From the NCBI GenBank assembly GCA_012295275.1, contig CM022665.1, positions 27,900,001 to 27,964,000 on the forward strand: DNA of 64,000 nt, written 5' to 3'. The translations under genes and the position numbers were made by a program. Below the pieces are notes generated by a model. The model was not told where the DNA came from. It ran no database searches and worked only from the letters and a program-made list of their open reading frames with translations. This DNA comes from Chrysomallon squamiferum. Its lineage: Eukaryota; Animalia; Mollusca. Of the stretch, positions 22,673 to 36,873 are shown piece after piece (within the stretch, counting starts at the first letter, position 1; each line of letters starts with the position of its first letter).

Positions 22673-23506
22673 CTCTCCATTAGATTGTAAGTCTAACTAT
22701 CATATTATACATATCATATATATACATGACAAACATTATGTCAGTATGGTTACCATTGTTATAGTTATATGTGATACCAAAATTAATGAAGAATACTAAA
22801 AATAAAACTACTACATTTTTGTACAAAAGTGATGAATTTAGAAAATAAATATTCTGAAATTATGAACGAAATAAGACAATAGTAGAACATATATTTCTAA
22901 TATAAATGCACAGACATATACACACATATATACTGATTTCCAAACAAACAAAACAAATCCGTGAAAATTGACTTATAAGACCCAATTCCTTTGTTTATCT
23001 GATAACGTGCACGGCGAAAGCCAGTAAGTAGGTATTAAGGTTCTGTTGACGTTGCCAATTCCCTGGAAATCATTTTACCAATTCAACTGTCGTGTAATTA
23101 GTAACCTCAGTATTAAAACCGCTCGCAAATTACTGTTTATCAACAGAAACTGCTATTTATGTTGGAACCTTCTCTGTCATGTAACTGTCGTCACCCTAAA
23201 GCGACCTTGTGAACCATGGCCATGCAAGTATGAAAGTGCAATGCTTGGTGTGTTTTTTGCAACTGAGTAAAATCACTACTGCCAACCAAAACACTAAGTG
23301 CCGACCTGTGATTGTGGCAGTAACCTTTGGGGAATTTGGCTCGCCAGAAATGTGGTATATTAAGTCTGTTATGGAGCGATAATAGGAATTTTAATGCAGA
23401 AAAAGCATTATTTATGATGTTATTTTTCGGTCTGGCAAGTCAGCTATTGTCAGGTAAATGGTCTCAGTGGACAATGACTGGTGTTTATGATAACAAGCAT
23501 AGCTAG

Positions 23507-23632
23507 TGTTTGTTTTACGTGACTGGTTAGATGTTTGTTTTGCGTGACTCCATCAGTTGTTTGTTTTACGTGACTGCTTAGTTGTTTGTTTTTCACGCGA
23601 CAACTTAATTATTTGTTTTACTCAGTTGTTTC
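23507..23632 (+). repeat. 25-27 bp tandem repeat, about 5 copies (tgtttgttttacgtgactgsttag)
   Basis: Units start at 23507, 23532, 23558, 23583, 23610. Confidence 0.85.
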
Positions 23633-23975
23633 TTTATTCGTTGAATGCAGGAATGAAAGGATACGATTGCATGACAAATACCCACACAGATAGAACAGAA
23701 AGTTTTCATAACTTCTGTATGTATGTCATTACTTGTTCAGATGTCTGTTGTACGATTATTAATATTTTTATTATAAAGATAATGATGGTCGATTATACAC
23801 TTAATAGCAAATCATTCGAAAGTTCCTTAACCTTTTTCATTTTTGTCTTTATTTTGATAATAGGTTATGTGAATATGTCGAAATAATAATTGTTTTGGTT
23901 TTTTTTTTTAATTTCGATTGATTTTTTTTTTTTTTTTTTTTATTTTTTTATTATTTTTTTTTTATTATTTCTGTA

Positions 23976-24074
23976 TGTGTAATTTCATACAGACTTCATC
24001 ATAAAAGAAAACAAAAAATATATATATATATAATTTTGTTTTCTTTTATGATACAGTCTATATGAAATTAAACA
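23976..24074. repeat. AT-rich palindrome (~40-bp arms) centred on (TA)n
   Basis: aatttcatacagacttcatcataaaagaaaacaaaa versus reverse complement of the right arm aatttcatatagactgtatcataaaagaaaacaaaa (3 mismatches). Confidence 0.88.
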
Positions 24075-24220
24075 CAAAAACATTACAAAATGTTTCAAAT
24101 ATCATCCAATGACCTTTACATTTTTTCACATATTAGAAACATGGTAATAATAATTACAATGCATCCTCGGGCGATCTTTGTTTTCCTTCTTCAGTTATAG
24201 AATGGCTTTTTGTTCTTCTT

Positions 24221-24263
<43 letters not shown>

Positions 24264-24669
24264 TTTTCTCGGTTTTAAGGTCATTTTTCTTCCACGTAAT
24301 GAACGAAGAATCAGCATGATAGGATTCACTTAATATAGTTTGTTTGAGATAGCTGATGTTAAGTTATTAAATTAAAGGAAAATATTAAAAATTATGCTAA
24401 CTAAGTTGTTCATTGGTACAGCTAAAAGTTATTGTCATGCATTAGACCATTTCGTACACTGGTTGATTTGATCAGTATATATCATTATGTGATACAGATT
24501 TGTTACTGTCTGGTCTGATCAAACTGTTTTCTTATGTCATTGCTAACTATGTTGAATATTTTAAAAGCAGAGTGGGAATCTGACTTTTAGAACAACAACA
24601 ATATAAGCTGCGGATCCGCTAGGATTTCAGAAACCTTGTCGTTGGCACATCACTTTTTAGATATGAACT

Positions 24670-24920
24670 CTGTTTTATAATAAATAAAATAAAATAATCT
24701 TTGATCATAATATATGTGTACACAAACATATATCTATAAAAATATACCATTAATACACATATAGGTATATAAATACACACACTTATATATTAGTATACGT
24801 TTTACATACATACATACATCTGTTTCATAATAAAGAAACTAAAATAATCTTTGATTATAATGTATATATATATATACACAAACATTTCTATAAAAATATA
24901 CTATTAACACACACATATAT
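24670..24920 (+). repeat. Degenerate ~150-bp-period direct duplication
   Basis: ctgtttYataataaa..taaaataatctttgatYataat..acacaaacat..tctataaaaatatacYattaa at ~24670 and ~24820. Confidence 0.8.
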
Positions 24921-26954
24921 TTATATCACTCAGCAATATATACAAATACACACATTTATATATGCATATACATACATACAAACATATAGATATATACATA
25001 CACACATATACACGTAAGTACATAGACACACGTGCATTCATACATATATATATACACACATATAAACATTCACACATACAAACATAGATACATACACACG
25101 TGCATGCATGCACGAATGTATTCACACATACATACAAACATATATACGTACACAGAAACACATACAGTGTGTGAGGCGAATGTACCATTTCCCTGGTAGC
25201 TGTGGAACATGTTACTGATAACATCAATACTGATTTCAAATAACGCTTCAGTGTAACGAACAATTACACGAACAAACAGAACACACGCAAACAGATCACT
25301 GCAGTGAGTAATTCAATAAAATCTCTTTGATAGTTGTGAAAGCCACACAGTGGAGGGATACAATGGTGTCTATCACTGGCTAACATTAACAAACGTGTGT
25401 ATCACAGTTAGTTACAAGTCATCTGTTATGTAATTAAAACTTTTTTGTCAGAATACGGGGTAAACAATTAAACCAAGCAATAATATTTTGCCAGCTTTGT
25501 TAAATGTTAAATACGGTTTGTTTACTCAGATTAAAGCGTGTTTGCTTTATCGCTTCAGGAATTCTCAGCTTGAATGCTTTCGACTACAGTGTTTTTATAA
25601 CAGTGAAAGACGAAAACAGGAGTTAAATTATTTTTGTGCGCTTTATTAAATTTATACTCATAACAGAATCCCGTATTATTCTCTTTTCATTTTTTTTTTT
25701 TTTTTTTTTTTTGCTGCTGCTGTTGCTGTTGCTGTTATTGTTACTGACACAGCGGGGTTTTTTTTTAATTATTATTTTTACTTACTCTTTTATAATTTAT
25801 TATTATTATTTTTTTTTTTTTTTTTCAATTTCTTAGTTAGCCGGTTTTTAAGTTGCTTATGTGTTTGTAGGTTGTTGTTTTGTTTCTTGTTGTTAGTCCA
25901 TGTGTTGCTTTGATTCCTATGCTTACATTACTCTTCAGATGAAAACATTTTGTTCCCGACACTTCATCACAGAAGTCGTAGAACAGAATCACAGACGGAC
26001 AACCCTTCCGTTGGAAACAAACCCTGCTTTCCAGCTGTAACACAACATAATAATCACACCACATTTTATACCTTCTCTTTTAATTCTAAAAGGCAGCATA
26101 CGAATGATTTGCACTGGAAGCAGTCGATATATGCCCACAGAATGCAGTCATACTTCAAATTAATGGCCAAGACAAAACACAAGGTGATATATCATCTGTC
26201 TAAAAATAATATAATCTATTAATAGTGTTAGCTCAAAGGAAATACACAAATTCTGTCATTTACCATCCAGTCGGGTCATCTAATAATTTCATTTGACTAA
26301 TGTAAGTTCTATGAATATCTATCTGTGTTTTGATTATATTAAACTAAAGAAGATTCTAGTGAATTTCTTAAAGAAAACATGATGACGAGTTGCACTGAAG
26401 GTAGTTAATATTTCTTCACAAGAATAAATTCATTGACACACCACTCAGCAAATAGTTGGTATGACATACCAAGCTATGCAAATAAATGCTTAAATAGCAT
26501 CACCAACAACACTAAAACAAGTAATTAATCAATAAAAACACACTGGACATTAAAATATTGGTGCTTTTTCCTCGCTTATTTGTGTTTGTGTACGCGGTTT
26601 GTATATATATATATATATATATTGCGAGGATGTGTATGAGATTCTTCAACAATCCCCATTTTTAATTACATAAAAACCTGTAACTGCGTCCAGATCTTTA
26701 TCGTATAAACATCCTAATTAATTACATCAAGCTTAATTAATTAACTCATTTATATACAGTCGGTGAAAATTAACAAACATGCATTACACAAACCATCTGC
26801 AGCGCGGAGGTATCAAGTTATAATTATCCAAGTTAATTAATCAAGTTATGTTCAATACTTTTTCTCTTTGGGGATTTGTAACATAATACTCCTCAGAGAT
26901 GCAATTTTTATTCATTTTGATATATATTTCTGTTTAGCTACCTATGAATATACT

Positions 26955-27330
26955 AACATACGTACAAATACATACATACATACATACATACATACTTATG
27001 TTCATACATACATTCATATACATATATATATATACATATATATATATATACATACTTACATTCATACATACATAGATATACGTACAAATACATACATACA
27101 TACATACATACTTATGTTCATACATACATTCATATATATATATAATATACATACTTACATTCATACATACATTCAGACATACATAGATATACATACATAC
27201 ATACATACATACATTCATACATACATACATACATATATACATACATATATACATACATACATACACACATTCATTCATACATACATATATATATATACTT
27301 ACATACTTACATTTATATGTGTGTGTAAAC
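26955..27330. repeat. (ACAT)n-derived compound microsatellite with internal duplication
   Basis: catacgtacaaatacatacatacatacatacatacttatgttcatacatacattcatata occurs twice (~26958 and ~27078). Confidence 0.92.
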
Positions 27331-27551
27331 ATCCGTACAAAACAAAATATAGATAGCTAGATAGAGAGAGAGATAGATAGATATGCATACATACACAAAT
27401 CTTTACATTTGTACTTGTGTTTTTGTTTCACTGTATGATTATTTATGTGTATGTTTATTTTCATTTGCATATGAATGTATGTATGTATTTGTGAATGCGT
27501 GAAATTTGAAACAGCTATGCTGTTTGGAATTGAACTTTTCCATTATTTGAA

Positions 27552-27583
<32 letters not shown>

Positions 27584-27836
27584 TTTTTAATCTTGTCAGT
27601 TATTTACCAGAAACTAATATTCCTTGCAGTGACGTAGAAATATTCACAGACGTCCTCGGAGACCTGATCCGGCAAACTTGAATTAGATGATTTGTCTTTT
27701 TTATGTAATAACAGCAACAAAAATAACACACGAAATCATAGAAACAAAATGTGAATGTGAAATGAGAATTTATCACAATACAACAAACCTAAAACATGAA
27801 TATACTAGCACACAGAGGGTCAGACACACAAACAAA

Positions 27837-27840
<4 letters not shown>

Positions 27841-27920
<80 letters not shown>
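27841..27920. repeat. (TC)n(TA)n microsatellite
   Basis: Directly visible. Confidence 0.97.
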
Positions 27921-27924
<4 letters not shown>

Positions 27925-30900
27925 TTTATTTATATATAAGCACATATATATTTCTAGAATATTAAACTTTATTTTTATTGGTATTTTTAATGTACGTTTG
28001 TTTATCTGTTTATTTATTCTTCCGTTCTTTCACTTATTCATTTGTTCATGCATTCGTTTAAAATGTAAATTTTGTCTGTAGCAGAGTGAATATCGGGATG
28101 CAAATGTTTACCATCTAAATGTGTACAAATTGGATTTGGTTAAATATCGATCCTACTTTTGTTCATTAACATCGGTTCACAAACTAATTATGATTTTAAA
28201 AAAGAAAAAAAAAAAAAAAAAGGAAAAATAAATAAAATCATGTTATTTCATTTCCTTTGAGGTTTATTTTCGTTTTCTTAAGCTTTATGTATTTCTATAA
28301 TGAAAACACATGCTGATTTAAGATTATTTATATTTATGTATGTTTTCACATCACAAAAATCCTATTGATATACACATATCCATATGCATATAAGTGCACA
28401 TACAAATAACATAGATGTGCAAAAGTGCTCACACACACACGCACGCACGCACATACACACCTACTTATAATTGTTTGATATATATTTACAACAGCAATAA
28501 TATTTTGTTTTTCTTTTCCTGCATACTTTTTTTTTTTTTTTTTTTAAATCCGAAATTAGTTTTGATCATATTTAATCAAATGATTACTTTTTTAAAAGTT
28601 TACATTTTATTACCTTCATTACAATTATTTCTATTATGAACGTATCTGAACTATTTTAAACACACACACACACACACACACACATACATATACACACATG
28701 AATATACTCACATGCATTTACACACACACCTATACATACAGACGCAACATACACACACACATAATGCAGCATACCTTGTTAAAATGCAGAAAGATAATTC
28801 TGGTAATCTACAGTATTATTTTCGTGCATTTTTAAATACAATATCATACAACATTAGAAAAGGTTTTATTATAATCCTACAAATGTGTTCAAAATTCAAG
28901 CTTAAAATTATTTAGATTTAAACATTTTATCCAAAGCCATTCGTTGATCGATTTATTCATCCACCCGTTAACACTTTCCTTGCTTATCTATCTTTTTATT
29001 TATTTCTTCATCTCCTTATTCTTTCATTTAGTAATTCATTCTTTCGTTTATTCATTCATTTCTTTCTTTCATTCATTCATTCAATCCTCCTTTCGTTTAC
29101 TCATTCAAACATTAATTCATTGACTTACTCGTCATAAATATGTATTTAATGCGTATGTTAAAAAATCCTCGATTCAGTTATAATCTATGCATTCTGTTGT
29201 TCACTCGTTTTGCTGAGGTTTTTTTTATGCTAAATGAAATGTCGCCGAAATAGGCACATTCTACCTTGTTCAAACAGAAGTACACGTTTACAAATATAAA
29301 GTCATACTGGAAGAAACTAGAATTACAGCAGAAAAAAAAAGACAAAAAAAAGACAAGAATCGCCAGATTAATATATTTTTGTAAAAGGAGATGATTAAAA
29401 TAAGACACAGCTACTACATATTTTGAGAAACGGAAAAAGTAATTGAACTTCAGTTTCTTGCAGCTGTCAAATAAATAAAACGAAGGAAGCCAAAAGAAAG
29501 TAAACAACACGAGGATACTCATGTCTTTGTATGCGAAGTCAGATTCGTTATTCTCATGATCATTTCTCACAGACATTACGCTTGAGGGGAGGATCGGACT
29601 TAACAGGGAAATATTATTATATCCTGCAGCGTGACGTGACGTGGCACAATCTTCCCCCAGTAATCTTCATTCTTAAATTCGCAGCCATACACTTACACTC
29701 GGGGGTCTTCGCGTGCCAAACGACTTCCTGCCTACATCCACCAGCATGTAACTAATTCATTCGAATCGCTTTCTGTAAGCAGCGCGTCAAAATTACTTCT
29801 CGCCAAACCCTCCTTGAATTGATTTTGCCCCTGCTTTTGTCTTCTTTTCCCATGTACACTGTCTGCATCAATAAATTCGGCGAAGGCAAAGCTGGCCTGT
29901 AAATGAGCACCACGGAAGTGGCAGCGGCGGATGAGGATCTCTGCCTTGTGTCCATCGCTGTCCATGGCTGTATTCCGTGAGTATGACGTGTTTTTATTTC
30001 TTTATTTGCTATTAGACGCTTTTAAAACTTACTGTTGTTATTATTATTATTATTAATCTCTCTCTCTTCGCCCTTTTTCCGTTAATATAATTAGAAAAAG
30101 TGTCGAAATATGTGTGAAAAGTACTTCGTTTGATAATTTCCCATGACAACACGTCGGACACGAGCCGCCAGCCAGATGATGGTAGGTGACCTCAAATTCG
30201 ATGACGGGTCTTTACACCAGGCGCGTGCTAACCCCTTCACCCGACAACCAATGTCATCACCTCGACGTGGTCGTCGTTGCAGAGATGCTTTATTGATCGT
30301 CTCCGACCTGTTGCATGTTTCAACAGTGCTCAGTGTATGTCGCCATTACGTCCACCGAAACCCTGTTTACATGCTGGTGTTTTGTCGCCTGTTACAAGAA
30401 ACATTCTCATGAGAATTTCCAATCTATGTATTGATTTCGATCTCATTACAATATTTTTCTTAAGAATTCTCTCTTCCTGAAGCCCTCACCAACAAAAAAT
30501 TAAAAAAACAAAAAAAACAACGTATTACTAATACAATATTTTTTGTGCTTTTCTCTGTAAACTGTGTAATTATTAACATACCTGCATTTTGTCGTTTTCT
30601 GAAATTATTCTAATTAATAAACAAGAACCAAAAACGGAAAAATTATAACATTTGAATAATATTAGTTAATGCTGAGTTATTATATTTCTCTGTGCATTTC
30701 AAAATAAACCACAATAACAGAGTAATATTAATATCTGCATAATATTGTTCAATAGTCAGCTAAGAATGCATGCACTATCTTTCTAATTTAACATTAAACT
30801 GAAGAACAAAATAAAGGTCAGAAAAATACCGACATTCGTCTCATATTATTTAATATTTTCACTGCAGTTCCAAAAAACGCAGTAACAGTATTTGTATACA

Positions 30901-31530
30901 CGTTACAAACTTATTTCAGTACGTGCTAAAATAACTCAGAAATCCTCACTGAAAATAGACACTGTAAATATCGGAAAACATTTCCCAGTTTATTCCATCC
31001 CGGGATAAAAACATTTACGATAAACAGAGAGAAGAAAATCCCTTTTTGTTCCATTAAGTAACGAGTTTTATGACAGGTTCTTCGATCGCCCATAATGAGA
31101 AACAGTTTAAGAATAATTTCCTAGCTATAGTGGCTTTGTTGCTACCAGTAATCTTCTCCTGACACATACTTACAAAACACCCATTAATTACTACAGTAAC
31201 AGGAAATGAAACAGCTACCACACTGAAGAATATAATTGGCCTATTGCTACTACAATCAAAGTATTATAGTGTAGAAAACTGTTGATCGTTAGCTTGTCAT
31301 ATAGATTACAGTAAGATACAGTGTACGTATATTTCCTGACAGCTATGATTATTTGATAAGCTGAAACTTCAGTAAATAAATGATATATATATTTTTTTTT
31401 ATGCAGAGGTGTTGAATATTTATCTCTCGGCAATTTTAGGGTGATATTGGTTTTAAAATTTATTTTGTTAAAATTTAGATGATGATGATGATAAGAATAT
31501 CAATAATAACCACCACAATAATAGAATAAC

Positions 31531-31561
<31 letters not shown>

Positions 31562-33580
31562 ACTTTTATTATTACTACTACCACTACTATTACTACCACA
31601 ACAATAGTAATAGCAACAAAATAATAAAAACAACAACATCTGACATAAAGGATTGTTTCATGTTTCTAGCCTTTAATTAGTATAGTAGACATAGTGTAGT
31701 CATTCTGTAATAATAAAAATTAACGACCAGGTACAGCTGACTTGTAAGTTACTTACTGATTATAATAACATATAATCTACTGATTTCTTTGTTATAATCA
31801 CTGTTAAATATCATTCTGTAATAATAACTTATTTTTAATGTTCCATTTAACATGGGATATTATTCAGTAAAGATTACATTCAAGTTTTAGTAGATGTAAA
31901 AAGTCATTTGGTTATAATAATTTGCATGTCACAAGTTTTATTTTTGCATCAATTAATATGTGATGTTATTCTTGGATATCCATAATTTTGAGTAAAGTTC
32001 TAGTTTAAACTGACATGAAGTAATTCTGAGTTGAAAAAAAAAAAATAGTTTCTCTATTATAACGCTTTGATGACGAAAAAAAAATCAATAAATTGCCTGT
32101 TTGAACCAAGTTTTACACTTAAGGTGACTTTTTTCTTAATTTTTTTCTGTGATAAGGATACATTTTAAAAAATAAATAAATTAACAAAAATATATTTATC
32201 ATTACAGTAAATAATGTTCTAGTTTATATTGTGTCAGTATTAAAATGAATAATTTACTAGTTTCAATTGCGCAAGAATAATAATAATAATAACAATAATA
32301 ATAATAATATTAATAATAAAATAATAATAATAATAACAACAACGACGAATAATTTACGTCTTGTATTGTTAATCAGTAATAAACAGCCAACTGAGAAAAT
32401 AATAAACTAAGTACAAACAAGCGTTGACATAACATGTCTTTCTAAGATAATAATAATAATTCTTTATATTTATTACTGAAGAAAACATAACCAAATATTT
32501 TATCGTATAAGATAAAATTTTAGTATTAATTTACTTTTAAAAATATATCTTTAAAACAATCTTTGTATCAAACACAAATAATACATTCATAAAAAAATAA
32601 TAATAATAATAATAAATAATAATAATAATAATCCAAATAAAAGTATTATATTATTATTACGAAAATACTAACTCATGTATCTGAATCTGACTCTGCTAAC
32701 AAGAGTGACCGAACTAGAAATTAATTTTATGAAACAGTTTTATTGCTTTCATAAATCATTCTTCGTGTGATTCTGTTGTTTTGGGAACCATATTCATTTC
32801 AGTGTGTTTGTAAACGAAGGAAAAACAACATAAATCATAGCTACTCGCACAAAGCGTCAGGAGATAATAAATACAGAGACAGAGAGATCGCGTCCTCCTA
32901 CAACCACGATTCCATCGATTATATCGATATCTGTACACTGCCTGGTTTACACATGATTTAATTAATGTTTACAGTTCGTAAGATAACTTTATTAATAGCG
33001 TTATCAGTTATTTGAGGTATAAATTGTTTGGTAATGTTGCATTTAATGCTGAATATTTTTTTTTTTTTACGTAATCTCGAGAACAAATTCAGTGCTGCGA
33101 AATCGTTTTGTAATTGCATATATATATTTTGTTATTTTTTTTTATCTGTTTATCAGTTTATTTATTTTTTTAGTTATCTGTTTACCTGTCTTCCTACCTA
33201 ACCACCGACGTACTATTTATGTATCTCTATAGTGTCTACCTATCTAATTATATGTCTATCTATCTATCTAAAATAAATAAATAAATGCATAAATAAATAA
33301 ATAAATAAATAAATAAATAGAAAAAAAGAAAGAAAAAATTCAAATTTTTTTTTGTCATTATTGTAACTTTATTATTATTATTATTTTTATTTTTTATTTT
33401 GTTTAGTATCCTTGTTTATGGTTTAAGAGGATCAGATGTTTAATTTTATTCTGCGTAAGATCCAGGGTCACGACAGAAAGTACGTCAAAAAAGCAAATAC
33501 AGAATTTCTTTCTATTTTTAGTAGAAGTTAACATCCTGTAATACTGAATATTAATGCAGGAATGTCTTGAAAAAGGAGGA

Positions 33581-33647
<67 letters not shown>

Positions 33648-34532
33648 TGACTCGGTACCTATCAAAAGCGAACCCAGTAGCTGCGTGTAAGAAAGGATAC
33701 AACTGAGTCTTCAGGCGCAGTAACTATAGCAGTGATATCGATTTTCTAGCACATTTAAGTCTGTATTTTGAGCCCTGAGTAAGGCTCTGAATTGCGTGGC
33801 CTAAGGCGGAGAGAGAAGAACAGTGGCGTTGGCTTGCTTCGTAGAACTTGACACATTAACTCGATCACTTTTTAATTATAATACGCAAAAATTCACCAGT
33901 AAGTTCATTAATACATATTCATTATTTTCGTGAAACACTCGGTTCAACAAAAATCCTGAATTCTTATCAAAAAGAATTATCAATTTCTGAGCGATTTCGC
34001 ATTCTGATGGGGTTTTTTCTTTTTTTTTTGGCAAGTGTATATCGACTTTTATAATGGAGTTCAGAATAAAATATTGGGCAGCATACCTGTCACCTCCGAC
34101 CAGGATCGAGGTCAAGTATGTAACCCGTCTAGACCTTGTTTCTTACAGTGACCAAAATATCCAAATTTGAGTTAATATACAAGAATTAAATTTCTGTTTG
34201 AAAAGACTTATTAGTGCTTGGCTTCTTCTTGAAAGCACTCGATTCGCCACTTTTTATTCTGAATCTATCGAATTTTTTTTTTTTTTTTATATATACATAT
34301 TTTTAAAAAACATTTTAAATAAAAAGATCATCGATAAGTTACAACAGCATGATGAGAAGAAAGAATAAAAATATTTTTTTAACGAAAACTGGTCATGAAT
34401 GATAAATAGTAGCTGCTTTGTCATCAAGGAAGATGGAAGTTAAGCTAGATAGAAATAATAATGCTAAATAAAGATTATTATAAATGTTAAAGATTATCAA
34501 AAGAGACGCTTAGAAACGTATACATATAATTA

Positions 34533-34581
<49 letters not shown>

Positions 34582-35050
34582 ATCTATGTAACTATATATC
34601 TATATCTGTATTTATTGTCAATAAATCATCTTTCCGGTTATATATTGTTTTCATCTCAAGACCAAAAAAAAATTTATTAATTAATGACAATAACACCTGA
34701 GCCGCCCACTTTTTATAAAAATTCTTTTGAAATGATGGACTGAAATCGGAAACACTGGTATTAGTTATCCATCTGATTGCAAAGATTTATGATTTCTGGC
34801 CGATTCAGTGGAGCGTTATTCAGCCGATGTACACGTCCCACAGAACACGAACACAATACGAATGTTCAATAATATCGAACAGTTTGCAACAAAGAAAACA
34901 AAAACTGTTTCACTGACAGTAGAATGATGTATATTATCCTTCGTGTGTTGTTAGGCTGTGTACATGTTCATAATTGCGGCATATATTATTACCGTGTTTT
35001 GTAAAGCTGATTTATATGTGTGCCTTTTGCTTTTATGTATGACGGTGAGC

Positions 35051-35107
<57 letters not shown>

Positions 35108-36039
35108 CTTTTGTTGTTGTAGACTTTGGAATATGAATTTTGTTTACTGATTTGTTGTAATATTATTTACTGATTAAATAACATACATTGAAATAATATG
35201 ATAAAATACAAAGCTGGAGAATTGGTTTACCTGTGTTAAGATATTGTGATACAACGCTACAAGTGTTTCATCATATTTAATAATCAGTCCAGCCTAAGAA
35301 TAAAGATTTATAATTTCTTCATTTGAACTTCTTTTTTTTTTATGAAATTAGGAAAGTCTTTATCTTCTGACGTTCCTTGTATGGCCATTCTGAAGTTGCT
35401 TGTATTTATATTTTTGAAAGATATGTCAAATAATATTTCTGTACTACATAAAAGAAGCAACTGATGCATCTTCAAAATTGTATGTCACATTTATATCTTT
35501 TTTTCATATACTACTATTCGACAGGGATGGAGAGTCAGCGATTTCAGAAAAAGAATGAAGATCCATAATTATAACCGATGCTTTTCACATTAAAATGAGT
35601 TTCGTTATAAAATAACAGTCAACAAGTACAAAAGCAATATGCGCTCCCGTAGAATCCGACTCTGATATTACCTTCATCTCAGTCTATATCGGTCGCATAT
35701 CTTTGAAAACGTAGAACCCGTTCATTAACCAAATGGAATCAGAATAAAGGGGACAGAAAAAATAAATAAATAAAATTTAAAGGTTTCCACTTAGCCAGTT
35801 CGTTTGTCAAAACGTGATCATGCGTGATCGTAAATACGTGATCGATGTGAATGATCAGTGTGATAACTCTTACAATGCCAATAAACGAGCATGCTAATAA
35901 GACACAACTCCCGCTTGGCGGTTTGGTCATAACGCGATTAAGGCCAGTGTTTATGTGAAATCAATAGGAACTTTCTGGGCAGCGTTCACGTATATTATCA
36001 TATTTTATTTCATCCCAGAAAACTTCTCTCTCCAAGCCC

Positions 36040-36203
36040 ATGTCGATGGAATCGCGCGCTAAAACCAGCCGGTCGATAACTCTGTGTTTTGGAGCGCATG
36101 CGTCGAATCGATGTACGCTTATTCGGAAATAAAATGAACAGTGACAGAGCGTGTGTTTACAACACAGCGGTGGATACTAAGACAACGCCAGAATTGGGTA
36201 AGT
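36040..36203 (+). promoter_or_regulatory. Candidate TATA-less promoter and non-coding first exon of an unidentified gene
   Basis: CpG-rich island; NRF1-like GCGCATGCGT (36094-36103), ETS-like CGGAAAT, several TCGAT motifs, consensus donor tgg|gtaagt at 36198 followed by a T-rich intron-like stretch. Confidence 0.5.
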
Positions 36204-36838
36204 TCTTTCGTTTAGGTCAATTTTATTTTTAAATATTTTTTTTAAATTAATTTTTAACACTTGACGTCATTTAACAGAAGTGACGGTATTGGAAGTTGTA
36301 AAAGAGGACGCGCAACTATCACCATTTTCATTTCGCTTGGTTTGTTTCTTTGACATATCGGCATTTCGATTTCCTTCTTACTTCAAGTTTCCGTTTTGCC
36401 TGCACAAATTGCCAAGAGTTTCTTGGTACTTTTCACGCATTACGGAATTAAGACAAGCTTGAATAAATATGACATTTGGAAACAAGCACGCACATCGTGA
36501 CCCTAACTACGCGCGAAACCTGTTGAGGTCACCAATTCAACCGTTCCACTTTTATCCAATGACATCATCGTAAACATCATTATCATAATTTATGGCGGTT
36601 CTGAGACATGGAGCGGGGCATGTTTGCCGTCCGCACTTGACTCTCAGAGCAGAGCCAATTTATTCATTTAATTGAGTTTACGTTAATTAGTTTACACTGA
36701 CAGGCAAAGCTTGGTTCCATTTTAGCATTTTGGAGTAATACCAGCATTGACTGAGCCAAATTAAAATAAACAGTGTTAGTGGAATTTATAAAGTACAAAA
36801 AACTCATGCTTGAAAATTATGATTTAAAATATTTAAAA

Positions 36839-36873
<35 letters not shown>

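Noticed and set aside
33715-33850. tRNA or tRNA-derived SINE head
   Set aside because: A/B boxes are poor and no cloverleaf can be drawn.
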